Assembly: GCA_040954595.2 (NCBI GenBank)
Contig: CM082595.2
Coordinates: 7,546,317 to 7,610,316 of the forward strand
Direction: 5' to 3'
Origin: Balanoglossus misakiensis
Lineage: Eukaryota > Animalia > Hemichordata
Length of the DNA stretch: 64,000 bases
The notes under the pieces are model-generated. The model ran no database searches. It was not told the DNA's origin and saw nothing but the letters and a program-made list of their open reading frames with translations. Shown one piece after another: positions 12,101 to 29,100 of the stretch. Each line of letters begins with the position of its first letter. Within the stretch, counting starts at the first letter, position 1. Made by a program: the position numbers and the translations under genes.

Positions 12101-15100
12101 TAGCGCAGCCAGCGGTGGGGTTGGGGCAGGGAACCAGACTACACTCGGCCATCGCTAAACCAGCGCATGCGCACAACCATTGGACATGGAAAGAGTTCAG
12201 GGCATTGGAGGTCAAGCGTAATTTCAAAACAACCGCCTAACAATAAACCGGGTTTTACCGTTAATTGGCGTAGGGTGATCAATTGGAAAATCTTGAAATG
12301 TACAGGTACACACCTGCAATCAATTAATTATATGATGAAGTTTCGCCTTCGCTTTACCTCGAAGACAAAGTTTGTGGTGGCTTACAGGCAACACATTATA
12401 TACACTTTTTGAACAATAAAATTGTACTTTAAAAGTTTTCTTTATTTTATTCACTTTCAGTTATTTTACATTTGAATATTCATTTTTCCCCGAATGGTTT
12501 TGGGTCTTAATGAAAGTTTTCCAATAACTGTCAGATGAGGTTCCAATTTGCCTCTACTTGACATTTTAAAGTATTCATTTTTTAACAGTTTTGGTGTATG
12601 AGTGTGTGATTTTTGTACAGATTATTGTACAGATTTGTCACATGCTTATGCATTGTGTGAATGTTTACAGTTCTTTGAATATTTTATAATTTTTTTATAA
12701 AGACATTAATAATGTGTTTGCAGAAGCCTTATAGGCATTTTTGGTTATAATATTTAGGGGGGCATAACACCAGGGAATTTTCGCTCATAAATTGAATAAC
12801 ATCGAGCCTATGAAACATGGCTTGCAGGCAACACATTATGTACACCTTTTGAACAAAAAAAATTACTTTTGGCATTTACTTTAAAAGTTTTCTATATTTA
12901 ATACACTTACAGTTATTTACATTTTAATATTCATTTTTTACTCGGAATGTTTGGGGTCTAAATGAAAGTTTTCCAATAACTACATCAGATGAGGATTCAA
13001 TTTGCTTTTACATTTTATTTCAAAATATTTACTTTTTAATTAAGATTTCAAAATTATTCTCAGTGTCCATGCCTTTTTCCCCAATTGGGGGCTCTTCAAC
13101 GTTTTCACCCAGTTGCTGCAACTGATGAAGTTTCCTTCAAGTATATCTCTTCAAGTCCAGCATAGTTTCCTGTGATCAGTACATTAGTCACTTTTGACAC
13201 AACTGACTTCAACAGTTTGACATTTGTCATGTTCGTTCTTTCTATTTTAGAATGAAATTTGTGATTTTAGGTTTGTGCTGAAACTTATGGAACTTAGTTT
13301 GGATAAGATTATTCTTATACACATTAAGTTCCACTATCTGTATCAGACATTTTTGTCATTTGACAGTTACATTTTTTCAGAAGGCATTAATGCCATTGTT
13401 TGTAAACTTCGTGAATCTTCATGATTACCTACGCTTTCCCAGATGATTTTTTCCCTATCCCGAAATAGGTTTTTTTCTGGGTTTTAGTGCGGGGTAAATT
13501 GTCAATTTGTGCAGTCATTCTAGTGTAGAATAAAGTACATGAGCTGCCTCTCATGTAAAATTGACCTGTATTGTGTGTGTGTATGCATTTGGATGTGGTA
13601 TTCTGCAGGCCGGTTGGAATGGAGATGGCGACTATACACTGGAGTGGGTTGGGTGTTTGAATGTGTCCAGAGCTGGTGGATTGTGGGTGTCAGTCAACAG
13701 TACATGTGTACAAACTTGAAAACAGTAGCATCTAATGCGAATCACTGTGGAAACCTTAAAAGTGGGAAAATACATTAACACTTTCCTCTACATTGGGAGG
13801 GAGTAAAACCATGTTGTGGGGAATATTTGGGAGAGAATTTAGTGGAACAGCCATGCTGTTCTGCCAATACCCCCTGGTTGCAATGTCATTATCATCTCCC
13901 TGAACAGATGGGACATATAAAATGAATATTTAAATGAGGAACGAAATGGGGGAGTGAAATCTGTTGCATGGGAACAGCCTCAGTGATGACTCATCAAAGT
14001 CCGATGACGATGCAATATGATACAAGCAGAAGTTGTAAAATGACTTTGGACTTAAATGGCGACAATCGACTTGTGCGCATGTGCCAAACCAGAGACTCTG
14101 GTTACAAAAATTGTATACAGTCAATGTCATCGCCATAAGGCAGTGTGCTGTCCTAACAACAGACAAGATGGCGGTGACCATAGTCTGTGTCGGAGATCAG
14201 GAAAAACCAGCAAATTGGGTGAAAGGAATGGACAAAACTAAAGTCTACTTATATGGTGCATATGAAATATGGAAGGAGGCGAAGGCAGTCTACTATTTGG
14301 ATGCCTTGAGAGCAAAAATTGCAGAAATTTGGACGAAATGTTTGTACACACAAATATGGTCAAAAGCTTAAAAGTAAACAAATGCAATTTGGAGATTATG
14401 GGAACTAGTCAGTCAGGGTCATCCAGTTAATTAATACAGTCTGTGTCAAAAGGTCACTGACCCCCCCCCCCCCCCCATGCAAAGCAGAAAGGGCCTCCCC
14501 TTGAATTTCACAAACGGGGTGACTCATATTTTATCACGAGAGAAATCAGAAACCATTAATATATACATGTAGACTTGATATTTTTTTGCAAAGTCACTGC
14601 TCTATCAGAAATTCCTGAGAAGAACATCACCTGGCCTAAGGCATTGAGAAAATTAAGTTTAAAAAAAATGTAGGGCTGTTCTACTTGGGTATGACATGTA
14701 TAATCGTCTAACATGTTTTACTATAGTATAACATACAAAGTTGCGGCAATTAAATATTTTCATATGCATCAATAGCTCATGGACAATTGTTGATGATAAA
14801 AGCTCATCAATTTAGATTTTAATAAAGCACAGACAATTGCCTTTCTAGCAATACATGTACAAGTTTGTTGGAGAAACGAAATACAGTTCATAAAAGTATA
14901 GAAAACTTCGGCACAAAAATATGGATGAGGAAAAATGGCGCCACTAGTTCCTCGCCCGATGGGGGCGCTCTGCTACACTCGGCCTAGTCTGGTTCCCTGC
15001 CCCAATCCCACCGCTGGCTGCGCTACGCTAAAGGGAAAGGGTCAGGCACGGCCTATTGTAAACATGGCTCTCATTGGTCAATACGTACGAACATTAAGTT

Positions 15101-15602
15101 GTTAAGTTGATAAGATGTTGTAAGATACTCATTTCCCGTTCTCTCCTTCACCTCCATGAATGTTTATCATTCGATTTCCAACTTTACAACTAACGAAACA
15201 AAATAAACTGCCTGGATGAATCTTGACTGGCGTACGGACATTGGAGGCATCCATCTTGTTTATGATCACCTGGTCTTCCCAGGTTTCTGAGTATGCAATC
15301 GGGCCGTACCTTACCCCTTTAGCGTAGCGCAGCCAGCGGTGGGGTTGGGGCAGGGAACCAGACTACACTCGGCCATCGCTAAACCAGCGCATGCGCACAA
15401 CCATTGGACATGGAAAGAGTTCAGGGCATTGGAGGTCAAGCGTAATTTCAAAACAACCGCCTAACAATAAACCGGGTTTTACCGTTAATTGGCGTAGGGT
15501 GATCAATTGGAAAATCTTGAAATGTACAGGTACACACCTGCAATCAATTAATTATATGATGAAGTTTCGCCTTCGCTTACCTCGAAGACAAAGTTTGTGG
15601 TG
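9153..15602. repeat. Near-identical 3225-bp tandem duplication (9153-12377 / 12378-15602)
   Basis: Identical ORFs at offset 3225 (10314/13539, 10856/14081); about six differences seen by eye; TG microhomology at the junction. Confidence 0.95.
11761..12141. mobile_element. TAG...CTA non-autonomous DNA transposon with 9-bp TSD (second copy ~14986-15365)
   Basis: ~50-bp TIR TAGTCTGGTTCCCTGCCCCAA..; CACTCGGCC on both sides. Confidence 0.85.
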
Positions 15603-16802
15603 ACCATTAAAAGAGCTTTACCAACAGAAACTCTGATGATGACAGTAGATAAAAATTAATCTAACCAGCTACCAACCTGGCTTCGCAAATGTTCGCCATT
15701 CACCGAATGATGGAACTTGGATACAGTTATATCGACGAAAACGTGTTGACTAAAGTCAAATTTAGACAAATGTGACCGAGTTCTTTCTCGACACCTATAA
15801 ACATTTTTCCTATACGAGGTAAACGTCCGAAGGGTGGGATGTACAATGTGCAGATGTTTTCGGGATTATTGCTCCATATTTTCGTTTATAATCCCGGTGC
15901 TTCTTTTCTGCCCTACGTTTTGAGACTTCTTTTGAAAACGTATAAAATTCAATCAACATTATAGAACGAAATAATACCTTTCAATAGGTCGATCTTTGTT
16001 GGCGGATTTTCTACTAATCTCATTAGTTGCCCGATTCCTCCCACCATACAGTGAAGCTTAGGAATAGCTTTCCGCCTGCACCAACACTAGGTCAACTCTG
16101 TTTAAACACTGGGTCAACTCTGGGTTAGCACCCTATTGGCGCTCTAATTAGCACCTATTGGGCTTATGTTTAACTGGGGTGTGCTAAAACAATAGGGTGC
16201 GCCAACGTTTCACACTGAACAATGCCAAGTGCCAGGGCCAACAGATTCACACCTTTGTAACACTTGTGACACATGGGTTAACACTGTGTGCCAAAAAACA
16301 ATAGGGTGCGCCAAGGTTTAACACCTTTGTAGCACATGCTAACACTGAACAATGCCAAGTGCCAGGGCCAGCAGATTCACACCTTTGTAACACATGAGCT
16401 AACACTGTGTTGACGCATTATAAACACCATGTCAGCAAGTTGTTAGCAAATTGGAAAGCTATTCCTAAGCTTCACTGTACGGTTAACACCATCATTTTCT
16501 GAGATTTATTCCCATATGTAATTCAGATTACATAACATGACAATTATATGATGAAGTTTCGCCTTCGCTTACCTCGAAGACAAAGTTTGTGGTGAACATT
16601 AAAAGAGCTTTACCAACAGAAACTCTGATGATGACAGTAGATAAAAATTAATCTAACCAGCTACCAACCTGGCTTCGCAAATGTTCGCCATTCACCGAAT
16701 GATGGAACTTGGATACAGTTATATCGACGAAAACGTGTTGACTAAAGTCAAATTTAGACAAATGTGACCGAGTTCTTTCTCGACACCTATAAACATTTTC
16801 TG

Positions 16803-16843
<41 letters not shown>

Positions 16844-16859
16844 GGTAGGTCCGTATGTA

Positions 16860-16890
<31 letters not shown>

Positions 16891-17311
16891 GATAAAAATG
16901 GAATCAAAATGGGAATGTTTATGATCTGCTGGGTACCTCTGTGAGTATGTTGGATGCAGGTGGAAATTTACTCTCAGCTTTCGGACATGACTGATTCCCC
17001 ACAGAAGTCCCTATACGAGGTAAACGTCCGAAGGGTGAGATGTAATATGTGCAGATGTTTTCGGGATTATTGCTCCATATTTTCGTTTATAATCCCGGCG
17101 CTTCTTTTCTGCCCTGCGTTTCGAGACTTCTTTTGAAAACGTATAAAATTCAATCAACATTATAGAACGAAATAATACCTTTCAATAGGTCGATCTTTGT
17201 CGGCGGATTTTCTACTAATCTCATTAGTTTCCCGATTCCTCCCACCATACGGTTAACACCATCATTTTCTGAGATTTATTCCCATATGTAATTCAGATTA
17301 CATAACATGAC
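15550..17311. repeat. Second tandem duplication (15550-16541 / 16542-17311)
   Basis: Both copies start aattatatgatgaagtttcgcc and end cagattacataacatgac; copy 1 carries a MITE, copy 2 carries ~210 extra bp including (CTGT)n. Confidence 0.9.
16049..16477. mobile_element. 429-bp CAGT-ended MITE with TA TSD (pogo/Tc1-mariner type)
   Basis: TIR CAGTGAAGCTTAGGAATAGCTTTCC; empty site cccaccaTAcggttaacacc at 17241-17260. Confidence 0.9.
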
Positions 17312-17726
17312 TCCCCTAGATAACCATACTCAATAAGTAGTGAGTGTTTTTCAAGGAAAAGGGATCTCAAATTGGTTAGTATCTTAACACAGATCCGGGT
17401 AGGTACACGTTCACTATTCAATTGTCTTTGCATGGGGTGAACCATTACATTTTCCTCAGACGGTATGTTTGCAGTTGACTGCTGCGTGTGCGAAATATTC
17501 TTTGAAATTCAATTTTGATGATCAATACCATGCTAGAGAATCCGTTTTTGTTATTTTGATTTCAAAGTTCTACTGTAGAACAATAACAAACAGCCCCATG
17601 CTTGCGTTAGGAACTAGACATATTAAGATTTCGTTCTGTCTCTGTACCAGCAAGCCTACCTACCTACCTACCTACCTATACCTTGTTACGTACGTACGTT
17701 CGCGCGTGCGTATGTGTGTATAGGTA

Positions 17727-17937
17727 TACTGTAAAACACTATATTTTCGCGAGCAATTAATTTTCGCCAAATACGCGAGAGCCAAAATAGCGTGAATATA
17801 AAAAGTCGCGTAAATTGTTTTTGAGGATAACGTTGCAGTGAATGAAATAAGAGAACGCGAAAATTAATACTCGCGAAACAGTGGCCTCTCTTGATATCGC
17901 GAAAAATTTAACTCGCGAAAATAAGTGTTTTACAGTA
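17727..17937. mobile_element. MITE family A copy
   Basis: TACTGTAAAACACT...AGTGTTTTACAGTA. Confidence 0.85.
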
Positions 17938-17995
17938 TATGCAGACAGGTATATAATCACAGTTCCTCATTTTCCAGTTTCGGATAACGCTCACA

Positions 17996-21403
<3,408 letters not shown>

Positions 21404-23203
21404 ATGTGAACATGATATATCCAGCACCAAGACAATGAAATGACGGTGATGATGTTATGCTTTTAGAAAGATAAATTCATTCTCTCATATCAATGAGCTC
21501 ATTTAACTGTGTAGTTACACAATTTAATAGTCTTTCGCTGTTTACTTAGTAGAGATGCATAACAATAAAATAAATAATAATCAGCCCAATTGTTTACTCT
21601 TTATTTTGTGTATTTTAGCTAAGAATTTGACTCGCATGTTCTGATTTGCGTTTGTCTCAGTACAAGCGACACGGTTGTCTAGTGCGCATGCGTCATTCTC
21701 AGGCTTTTTCATAGTAAACCTTTATTTCGTGAACTTGACAATATGGCCCCATAACCACAAAGTATTGATTTTTCGACACATAGCTAGGGAGATTTAACAA
21801 GCAACATGGATGAAATATATTTTATATAAGCAAGGACAAGTGTTGCCCTTATAAAAATACAGAATTGTTTGAAAGGTTTTTACGCTGCTCTTCATTGGTG
21901 TGTGAATGTATGTGTGTGTGTGAGAGAGAGAGAGAGAGATGGGGGGGGGGGGGAGAGTTTCCAGCCATAAGCCTCTTCAGGTGATTAATGGGAAATGGAT
22001 AGCTTTTATTCTGGATTAGCAAATGATAAGACAGGTTGGGAAAACGCAGGACGGAACCACGGTTATAACCGTGACGGAAGATACTACGCCATGTATAACG
22101 TTCATGTTTGCATTCCCCTGTGGTGCTACATCCTTCTAAGTTGAATGATGGAGATTTTCACCTTGTAACCAATTTGTCGTCAAATGTTCTGAAGTCACCC
22201 GATATATCAGACCGGTATGTAGCTTTAGCTTTCAGTAAGGCAAGTGCTTTTTGAATTAATTTTCGGGTTTGTTGGTCAGAATCATGCACACAGCCGAGAC
22301 TCGAAATATCGTGTACGACTATGTAGACTGTAGACAATATGGCGACTGTATTGAGTAAACAACATCATGGCACGCTTCGGAAATGAAATGAAATGGTGGT
22401 CGTTTTTGGCGAAATTGCAATCGATGCAAACACCCAACCACCTACAGCCAATTAGAATGTAATAGTTTAGGTGCTTTTCTGAACAGAAAGACATGCCAGT
22501 GTTCAAGGAATGTTTATCACGCCTTCTGTAACGCCCACTCAAAAACACCTTATGTTCCTGTACATGTATATTGTTTTCATGTCACCTGTAGTTTCACCAC
22601 AGGGAACATAAAACATGATATAGGTATATTGTTGTTGGTGTTGATGTTTACGTGCTTTTGTTAATGTTGTTGGAAAATAAAATAGGTGTATTGTTAGGTC
22701 CCCTTTGGTTATGTATATATGTACCATCGGACCGGGTAAGCCTAATTCAAGATTCACATTTCAAGTTTCACGTTTCACGATATATAGTGAATCAAATGTT
22801 CACCCACACACAACTTCTATCCCACTTGTAGACATAAGAGTGAAAAAAAACACCAAAACCAATAATCGGTCTATACCATTTATTCATTTTGGGTGAGTTC
22901 TTTCTCTCGTATCATACAAGTGGGATGGAAGTTGTGTGTGGTTGAACGTTTATTCACTACATATTCACATGTATCAAACATAATTAATGGAAAAAGCAAC
23001 AAGAGAGAGACTTTTTAAGCTGATGGATGCAAATATAATGATGATTATGTTGATGATTAATGGGGTAGCTAGAACAATTCTTTTGTTGTATAAAATGTTT
23101 ACCTTTTCATGAACTTTTTGATGCGGCAGCTGAAAAATTAAACACTGAGTCTGAAAAAATTGTGAGTTCTCAGGGCATCTTGTTTGATGTTTCCTTGTAA
23201 TAT

Positions 23204-23643
23204 CACAGGGGGCTGCAAACATTAAAGTTATAAATGGCGGAGTTCCGATTTTCCCCACCTGTCTTATCATTTGCTAATCCTGAATTCAAGCTATCGAATT
23301 TCCAATTAAGCACCTGCTAACGACTTAATCTGTGTGCCCCATCCAAGTAAACATCGGTCAGCAAGTACTGGGTATAACAAGAAGAAGTCCTCTTCTTTTA
23401 CTGAGTGAGAACTGATCGATGTTTACTTTATCAACTTAATCCGTGGATGGGGCACACGGTCGTTAGCAGGTGCTTAAAGGGAAATGTGATGGCTTTTATT
23501 CTGGATTAGCAAATGATAAGACAGGTGGGTGTAACACAGAAAAATAAACAAGCACAGAGACTGTTCAGCAAGTAATGTTTATTGGGGAAAAATGCGGATC
23601 AGAACTCCGCCATTTATAACTTAAATGTTTGCAGCCCCCTGTG
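23204..23643. mobile_element. CAC...GTG fold-back element with 7-bp TSD (P-element-like)
   Basis: TIR CACAGGGGGCTGCAAACATT.AAGTTATAAATGGCGGAGTTC; GTAATAT on both sides; decayed relative at ~21980-22123. Confidence 0.8.
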
Positions 23644-24078
23644 GTAATATGCTTCCATCCACCATTCTGATTGGACATAGCTCAATCCAGCGATGCTGTG
23701 ACGAGGGTTATTGCTTAATTGTCTTCTAAATAGTGTAACTCAAACACGGATGATTGTAAAACCTTTAAATTGTCACACAATCATACTGAACACGTTTTCT
23801 CAAACTGTCCCAGAGATGTTCTTCTATAGAATCATAATTATCACAAGCTCACTGATGACAAAATCAATCTTTAACAATATAATCAGTGATTGTGAAAAAG
23901 CTCTTTTTTTAAATCTGAGAGACAGTTTTCAAGATAAATAACTCTAACACAAGTTTTAGAATATTTAGTTAATTTTGACCATCAGTTAAGCAGACCAACA
24001 GTTGTATGCTTCATGTCAAGTTTACAATGAACAAACACGTCCAGCACCAAGTTTTGATGACACATGAATAAAACTTCA

Positions 24079-24437
24079 TTAAAGGGATAAAGTCTCTCTC
24101 TCGCTGCCCCTTTTTCCATTAATTATGTTTGATACAAGACACCGTTTATGTTAATGTACAAGTGGATATATAGTGAATCAACGTTCAATACACACACCTT
24201 CCATCCCACTTGTAGACGCTAGAGTGAAAAATCTTGCCAAAAGAATAATAGGTCTTTACCGTTAATATTCATTTTGGGCGAATTTTTGCTCTCATATAAT
24301 ACAAGCGGGATGGAAGATGTGTGTGGTTAAATGTTCATTCACTACATATACACAAGTACATTAACATAAATGGTGTCTTGTATCAAACATAATTAATGGA
24401 ACAAGGGCAGCGAGAGAGAGAGACTTTGTCCGTTTAA
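24079..24437. mobile_element. ~355-bp palindromic TTAA MITE, family K (Kolobok-like ends)
   Basis: Family ends TTAA-AGGGACAAAGTCTCTCTCTCGCTGCCC...GGGCAGCGAGAGAGAGACTTTGTCCCT-TTAA, slightly diverged here; about nine complete and several partial copies in the window (one partial at ~22785-23015). Confidence 0.85.
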
Positions 24438-24835
24438 ACCATCCAGTGTTCTACATGTTACAGATAAGCAGACATTGGACAAGAATATAACCTGCCATAG
24501 CTATTTTATTGAAATATTTGAATATCAATGTGTGTGTTACAGCCTTTTACAAACATTTCAGCATGTCACAGGCTGACAATGTGATCTGTGACTGACTATT
24601 ATCTCTATGACATGTACATCACTGATGTTGATGGTCCCACAAAATATCTACCGTAACAGTGAAAGCTAGTGTAAATTTCCTTTTCAAATAAAATATTCTA
24701 AATACATGTAACATTTCTTGCTTGATCAAAGAGCAATAAAACACAATGGACAAAGTTAGAAGATGTCTATTTTAACATTTATATAAAAACTGCCTTCTGG
24801 CAGGAACTCTGGAATGTACATAACAAAAAATGACA

Positions 24836-25046
24836 TACTGTAAAACAGGTTATTTTCACGAGCAATAAATTTTCGCGAAATATGCGAGAGCCAAAAAACA
24901 TGAAAAAAAAAGTTGCGGAAAATGTTTTTCGGAGATAACGATGCAGTCAGTGAAATAAGAGAACGTGAAAATTATTCCTCGCGTAACAGTTACCTCTTTT
25001 GATATCGCGAAAATTGCCTGTCGCGAAAATAACCCGATTTACAGTA
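24836..25046. mobile_element. MITE family A copy
   Basis: TACTGTAAAACAGGTTATTTTC...AAATAACCCGATTTACAGTA. Confidence 0.8.
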
Positions 25047-25121
25047 GTCGTATTTCATGGAGTATTAACAAAAACAAAAAAAATATCTGGCAGATTTAAC
25101 TTACAACTTACTGGTTACAAC

Positions 25122-25214
25122 TTAACCCTCTCACTGCCATGGTTCAGTCCAACTCCACTGATTTCTATGGTAAAGTTGGACCTCTATACAGTGAACTGGG
25201 GGTGAAAGGGTTAA
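25122..25214. mobile_element. ~90-bp piggyBac-like TTAA MITE; copies at ~26359-26446, 30377-30468, 32305-32399, 53313-53402
   Basis: TTAA-CCCT(T/C)TCAC...GGGGTGAAAGGG-TTAA with a conserved interior. Confidence 0.75.
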
Positions 25215-25316
25215 TCATATTATGATACAGACTGAAAATGTAAAAGAATTTCCGATGTGACTCATTCAGATCAGACATTTCCGAGTACATGAAATAATCA
25301 CAATAAACATATACAT

Positions 25317-25478
25317 CCTTTTCAAGTCTAGTGCCCTCACACAGCCAACATGTATTTGAACTCAAAGCGAGGCCAATAGGGAAAGTTGACCAATCACATC
25401 AAGTGTGTTTCCCCCATTAGCCTCGCTTTGAGTTCATATTCATGATGGCTGTGTGAGGGCGCTAGACTTATAAAAAGG
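25317..25478. repeat. ~160-bp inverted repeat (MITE-like)
   Basis: aagtctagtgccctcacacagcca..ctcaaagcgaggc pairs with gcctcgctttgag..tggctgtgtgagggcgctagactt. Confidence 0.7.
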
Positions 25479-26141
25479 GTGTCATGCTACTCTGATCGCA
25501 TGATTTATTCCTAAAGCAAAACTTACATATTGCCGATGCAAAAATTATGTAGATCTCCTTATTGTGCGTTACACATGGAATTTCTGAATGTAAATATCAA
25601 AGTGAACCATTAACCATTCAACATTATCCTGAATAAATGCAATTATATATAAAAACTTTAAAATATGTACAGCTAAAATATTGACACATTCCCAGATGTT
25701 GCACTGAAGTTGTGAATGTTGTAGACTGAAAGGGACATTAGCTGTAACTTCGTGTGCACTAAGTGCAAATTCTTGCTCTACTCCAAACAGTATGTTAATA
25801 TACCCAGTACCCAACTTGTCAACACACCGTAGTCTGTAACCATTGTTTTTGTTGACAAATGAATTCCAGTCCGGACTAGAATACAAATTTTGCACAATGA
25901 CGGTACTGACTAAATACATATACATATAGGTTGTGTTAATAGGCTTGGTACTGGGCATTTCATCGTGCCTTGGGGATTTGAACAAGAAACTGCAATAGAT
26001 ACACATAACAAAAGTAATGAAAATATAGCGAAAAGCTGCAGCTAATGACACTTTAAGAATCACATTTTAAAAATGTCTTTAAACCTTGCTAACTGTTTTT
26101 TTCAGGGAGATGTGTCAATGTCAGTTGATATGTTTTTTTTT

Positions 26142-29100
26142 TCATTTATCAGCTTCATTTGTGTTGTGTCTCTGTCTTGTCTTGCCCTGTCTACTACGAA
26201 CGTTCCAATGTAAACAACCGGCCAGACTATCGAACCAATCACTGATTTGGTCTTCTCTGCAGATAGATGCAACTGGATACCGTGATGTGGTGATTTTCAC
26301 CCTGTGGAAAAAAGATCAAGTCATTGTTAATATCCTAGTCTCCACTAATTCAATACATTAACTCTTTCATCACCATGGTTTGGTCCAAATCCATTGTTCT
26401 TTAAGGTAAAATTGGACCTCTAAAGAGGAATTGGGGGTGAAAGGGTCATGGAGAAAAAAGCCAGCACCGCTAAAACACAATCATGTAACACAATAACAAA
26501 ATTTTTGATCCCAGATTAAAATTTGTATAATTTTAGTCTGAAAAAAGTTTTCGAAAAATCATGAAAACGAGGACAAGTTAAAATATATAAATTCTTGACA
26601 AAGTGTCTTGGAAAAGCTTGTACAGATAAGGCCAAAATAAAAAAAAAAAAAAATAGGTGCTGTTCCGATTTGATTACATGGTTTTCAAAAATAGGGTAGG
26701 TAGGGAAATTGTTTAATTATGTAATTTTTTTTAAATATCTTTGGCCGCCGTAGTTCTTGGGTGATTCTCGCAATTTTCATAAATTGTGTATATTTGACAT
26801 TGTTTTTTTCTACTTCTTTTTTAGGAAGCTCTAAAAAGTTCAGGGCCGGCGGGCAAAATTAGGGTAAGTTGGGTAATCGGAACAGCAGATATTTTTTATT
26901 TTGGCCTATGAAACTATATAGACTTACTTCCATCCCTGGAAAATTTCCTGCCGATTTCTGCCATCAAATGCTGCCCATGCAGTACTCCTAGCATCACTGG
27001 GCACCATCACCTATCAGAAGATATCAAATCAGATGAAGCATAGTATCATACTGCTACAGCCACAAATTAATGAAAAGTTCTGTTCTTACAATATGTATCA
27101 TAAAATAACGCCATCACTATTATAGTAGCTGGTATTTTCTTATCTTGAAAAGGGACACAACATGTATGCTTTTACTGAAATGTAGAGGTTAATTTCCAGT
27201 GTTAAAAACCATTTAGTCATTCATGACTATAACATTGAAGATACCCTGGCCTGTAGTTCAGGCATCATCAATATAATGGTCAGAGATCACCATCCCTTTC
27301 AGAAAAAAAACATATTCATCATGTATAAGTCGCCAGTTTTTTACAAAATCGAGGGAAAGTTGGCAGAATTTCCAATATGGCATTTACTGTAATTTGAATC
27401 ATGGGAAAAAAAGTGCCAGGACCAACTTCCACCGAACTTGGTGTGGGTGATACAATTTACCAATGGGTGTCACTACTTGACAGGCTAAATCACACGACCT
27501 ACACATGGCGAAAATGTGTTTTTCTGAAAGAGTGACCTAAAAACTACCAAATTATGTAGAAATCAGTTGCACCGGATTTTCCCTTTAACTTTGCACCATT
27601 TATTTGAGAGCTTACGTACCTTAAGTTCTACACCAGCCGGGACAACAATGGGTCGAAATGAGAGTGAATGTGGACAGATTGGTGTGATGAGAATAGCTGG
27701 TACATTCGGGTGACACATAGCTGCTCCTGCTGCTGCTGCATATGCTGTGCTGCCTGTTGGAGTTGAAATGATTAGACCTGCAAGAAATAGATTGGGTTTC
27801 AATCAATCAATCAATCCAACGATCAATCCATCATTTGATCAATCAATCAATCATAAATAAGTCTTCATAATTCCCATGACTGTACAATTGACACTTACAG
27901 CTCTGACAAACATGATACATCAAAAATAAAACATGACAACCTAAATAAAAATACCAAATATTTAAACACCAAACAGCACAGCTACTTCTTTCATATCAAA
28001 TCATGACGTCAGACGCGCAAAAGCGCAGTTACATTCGCATTCAAATTTCCAGATGACGGGCAACTTCAACAACGTGGTACAGACAAAGACTGTGCAGACG
28101 AAACGCCATGAGGCTGATGAGGCACCATACCCGACACATGTTACATGTGTGGCGGTTCTAAAGTATAAACATATCTGGAGAAACTTTTACTGGATGCCCG
28201 AAATAATATTGTTTGCCTGTCACCTGGAAACGACAATGTCTTGGGGCACACGACCAGATCATGTGATTGATATTAAAGAATAAATAAATATCACAGATAT
28301 GTAATTAAAAATTGGAAAGCTCCTTTTACACTTTTGATTCTATAACCTTAGTCCTAACATAGGAGATGAAAATGGCCAAAGTTTACAGTTTAGTGTACTT
28401 ACCATCGCCTTGCACTGATGTTATAAGCCTTCCATCGAGGTACAAATCTAAATTGGAGAGGTAGGGGGCCGGCCCTCTATCAATGACCACTTCATTCAAG
28501 ACCTGTAATTGGTTACATTACATGTATGTTATTTTCATTTCAGGTCAGGTATCTTGTGAGGTTTCCATAGGTATTGCATTCAAAGTTCTGAAGTAAAGAA
28601 ATGGCATGAAAGATAATGCTCCCACTATGTCAAAATTGTTCCCTTTAAAGGTATACGGTCACCAATGGGAATTAAGCTATAGTTACCATGGCAAACTGAT
28701 ATCTAGCCAATCACATATTTTCAGTGGGTGGCATAAGTGAAAAAGGGAGCGCCACCATATGTTCTTTAGAACATTCAGATACACCATTTTTGACAGTTAT
28801 GGATATATGTAAATTGGTGGTGACCATGTACCTTTAACCCTTTCACCCCCATTCCCTCTTTAGAGGTCCAATCTTCATACAGAAAATAATAGACTGGCAC
28901 ACATGAACAAGGGTTGACGTTCCTACCTGTCTTTGACACACTGCTGCTGGGGGGTCCTTTTTGGATGCCATGACCACTCCACTGTCACTATCATCAGACT
29001 CTTCAGGTGTGCTGTCGTCTTCATCTTTCATGACGACACATTTTAATCGCGTTCTCAAAGTAATTGGTACATCTCCTGTGGAGAAAGCAAAATTGGATGA

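Noticed and set aside
10314-14371. Identical ORF pairs suggesting duplicated genes
   Set aside because: Identity follows from the 3225-bp duplication; part overlaps an interspersed repeat and no protein motif was recognised.
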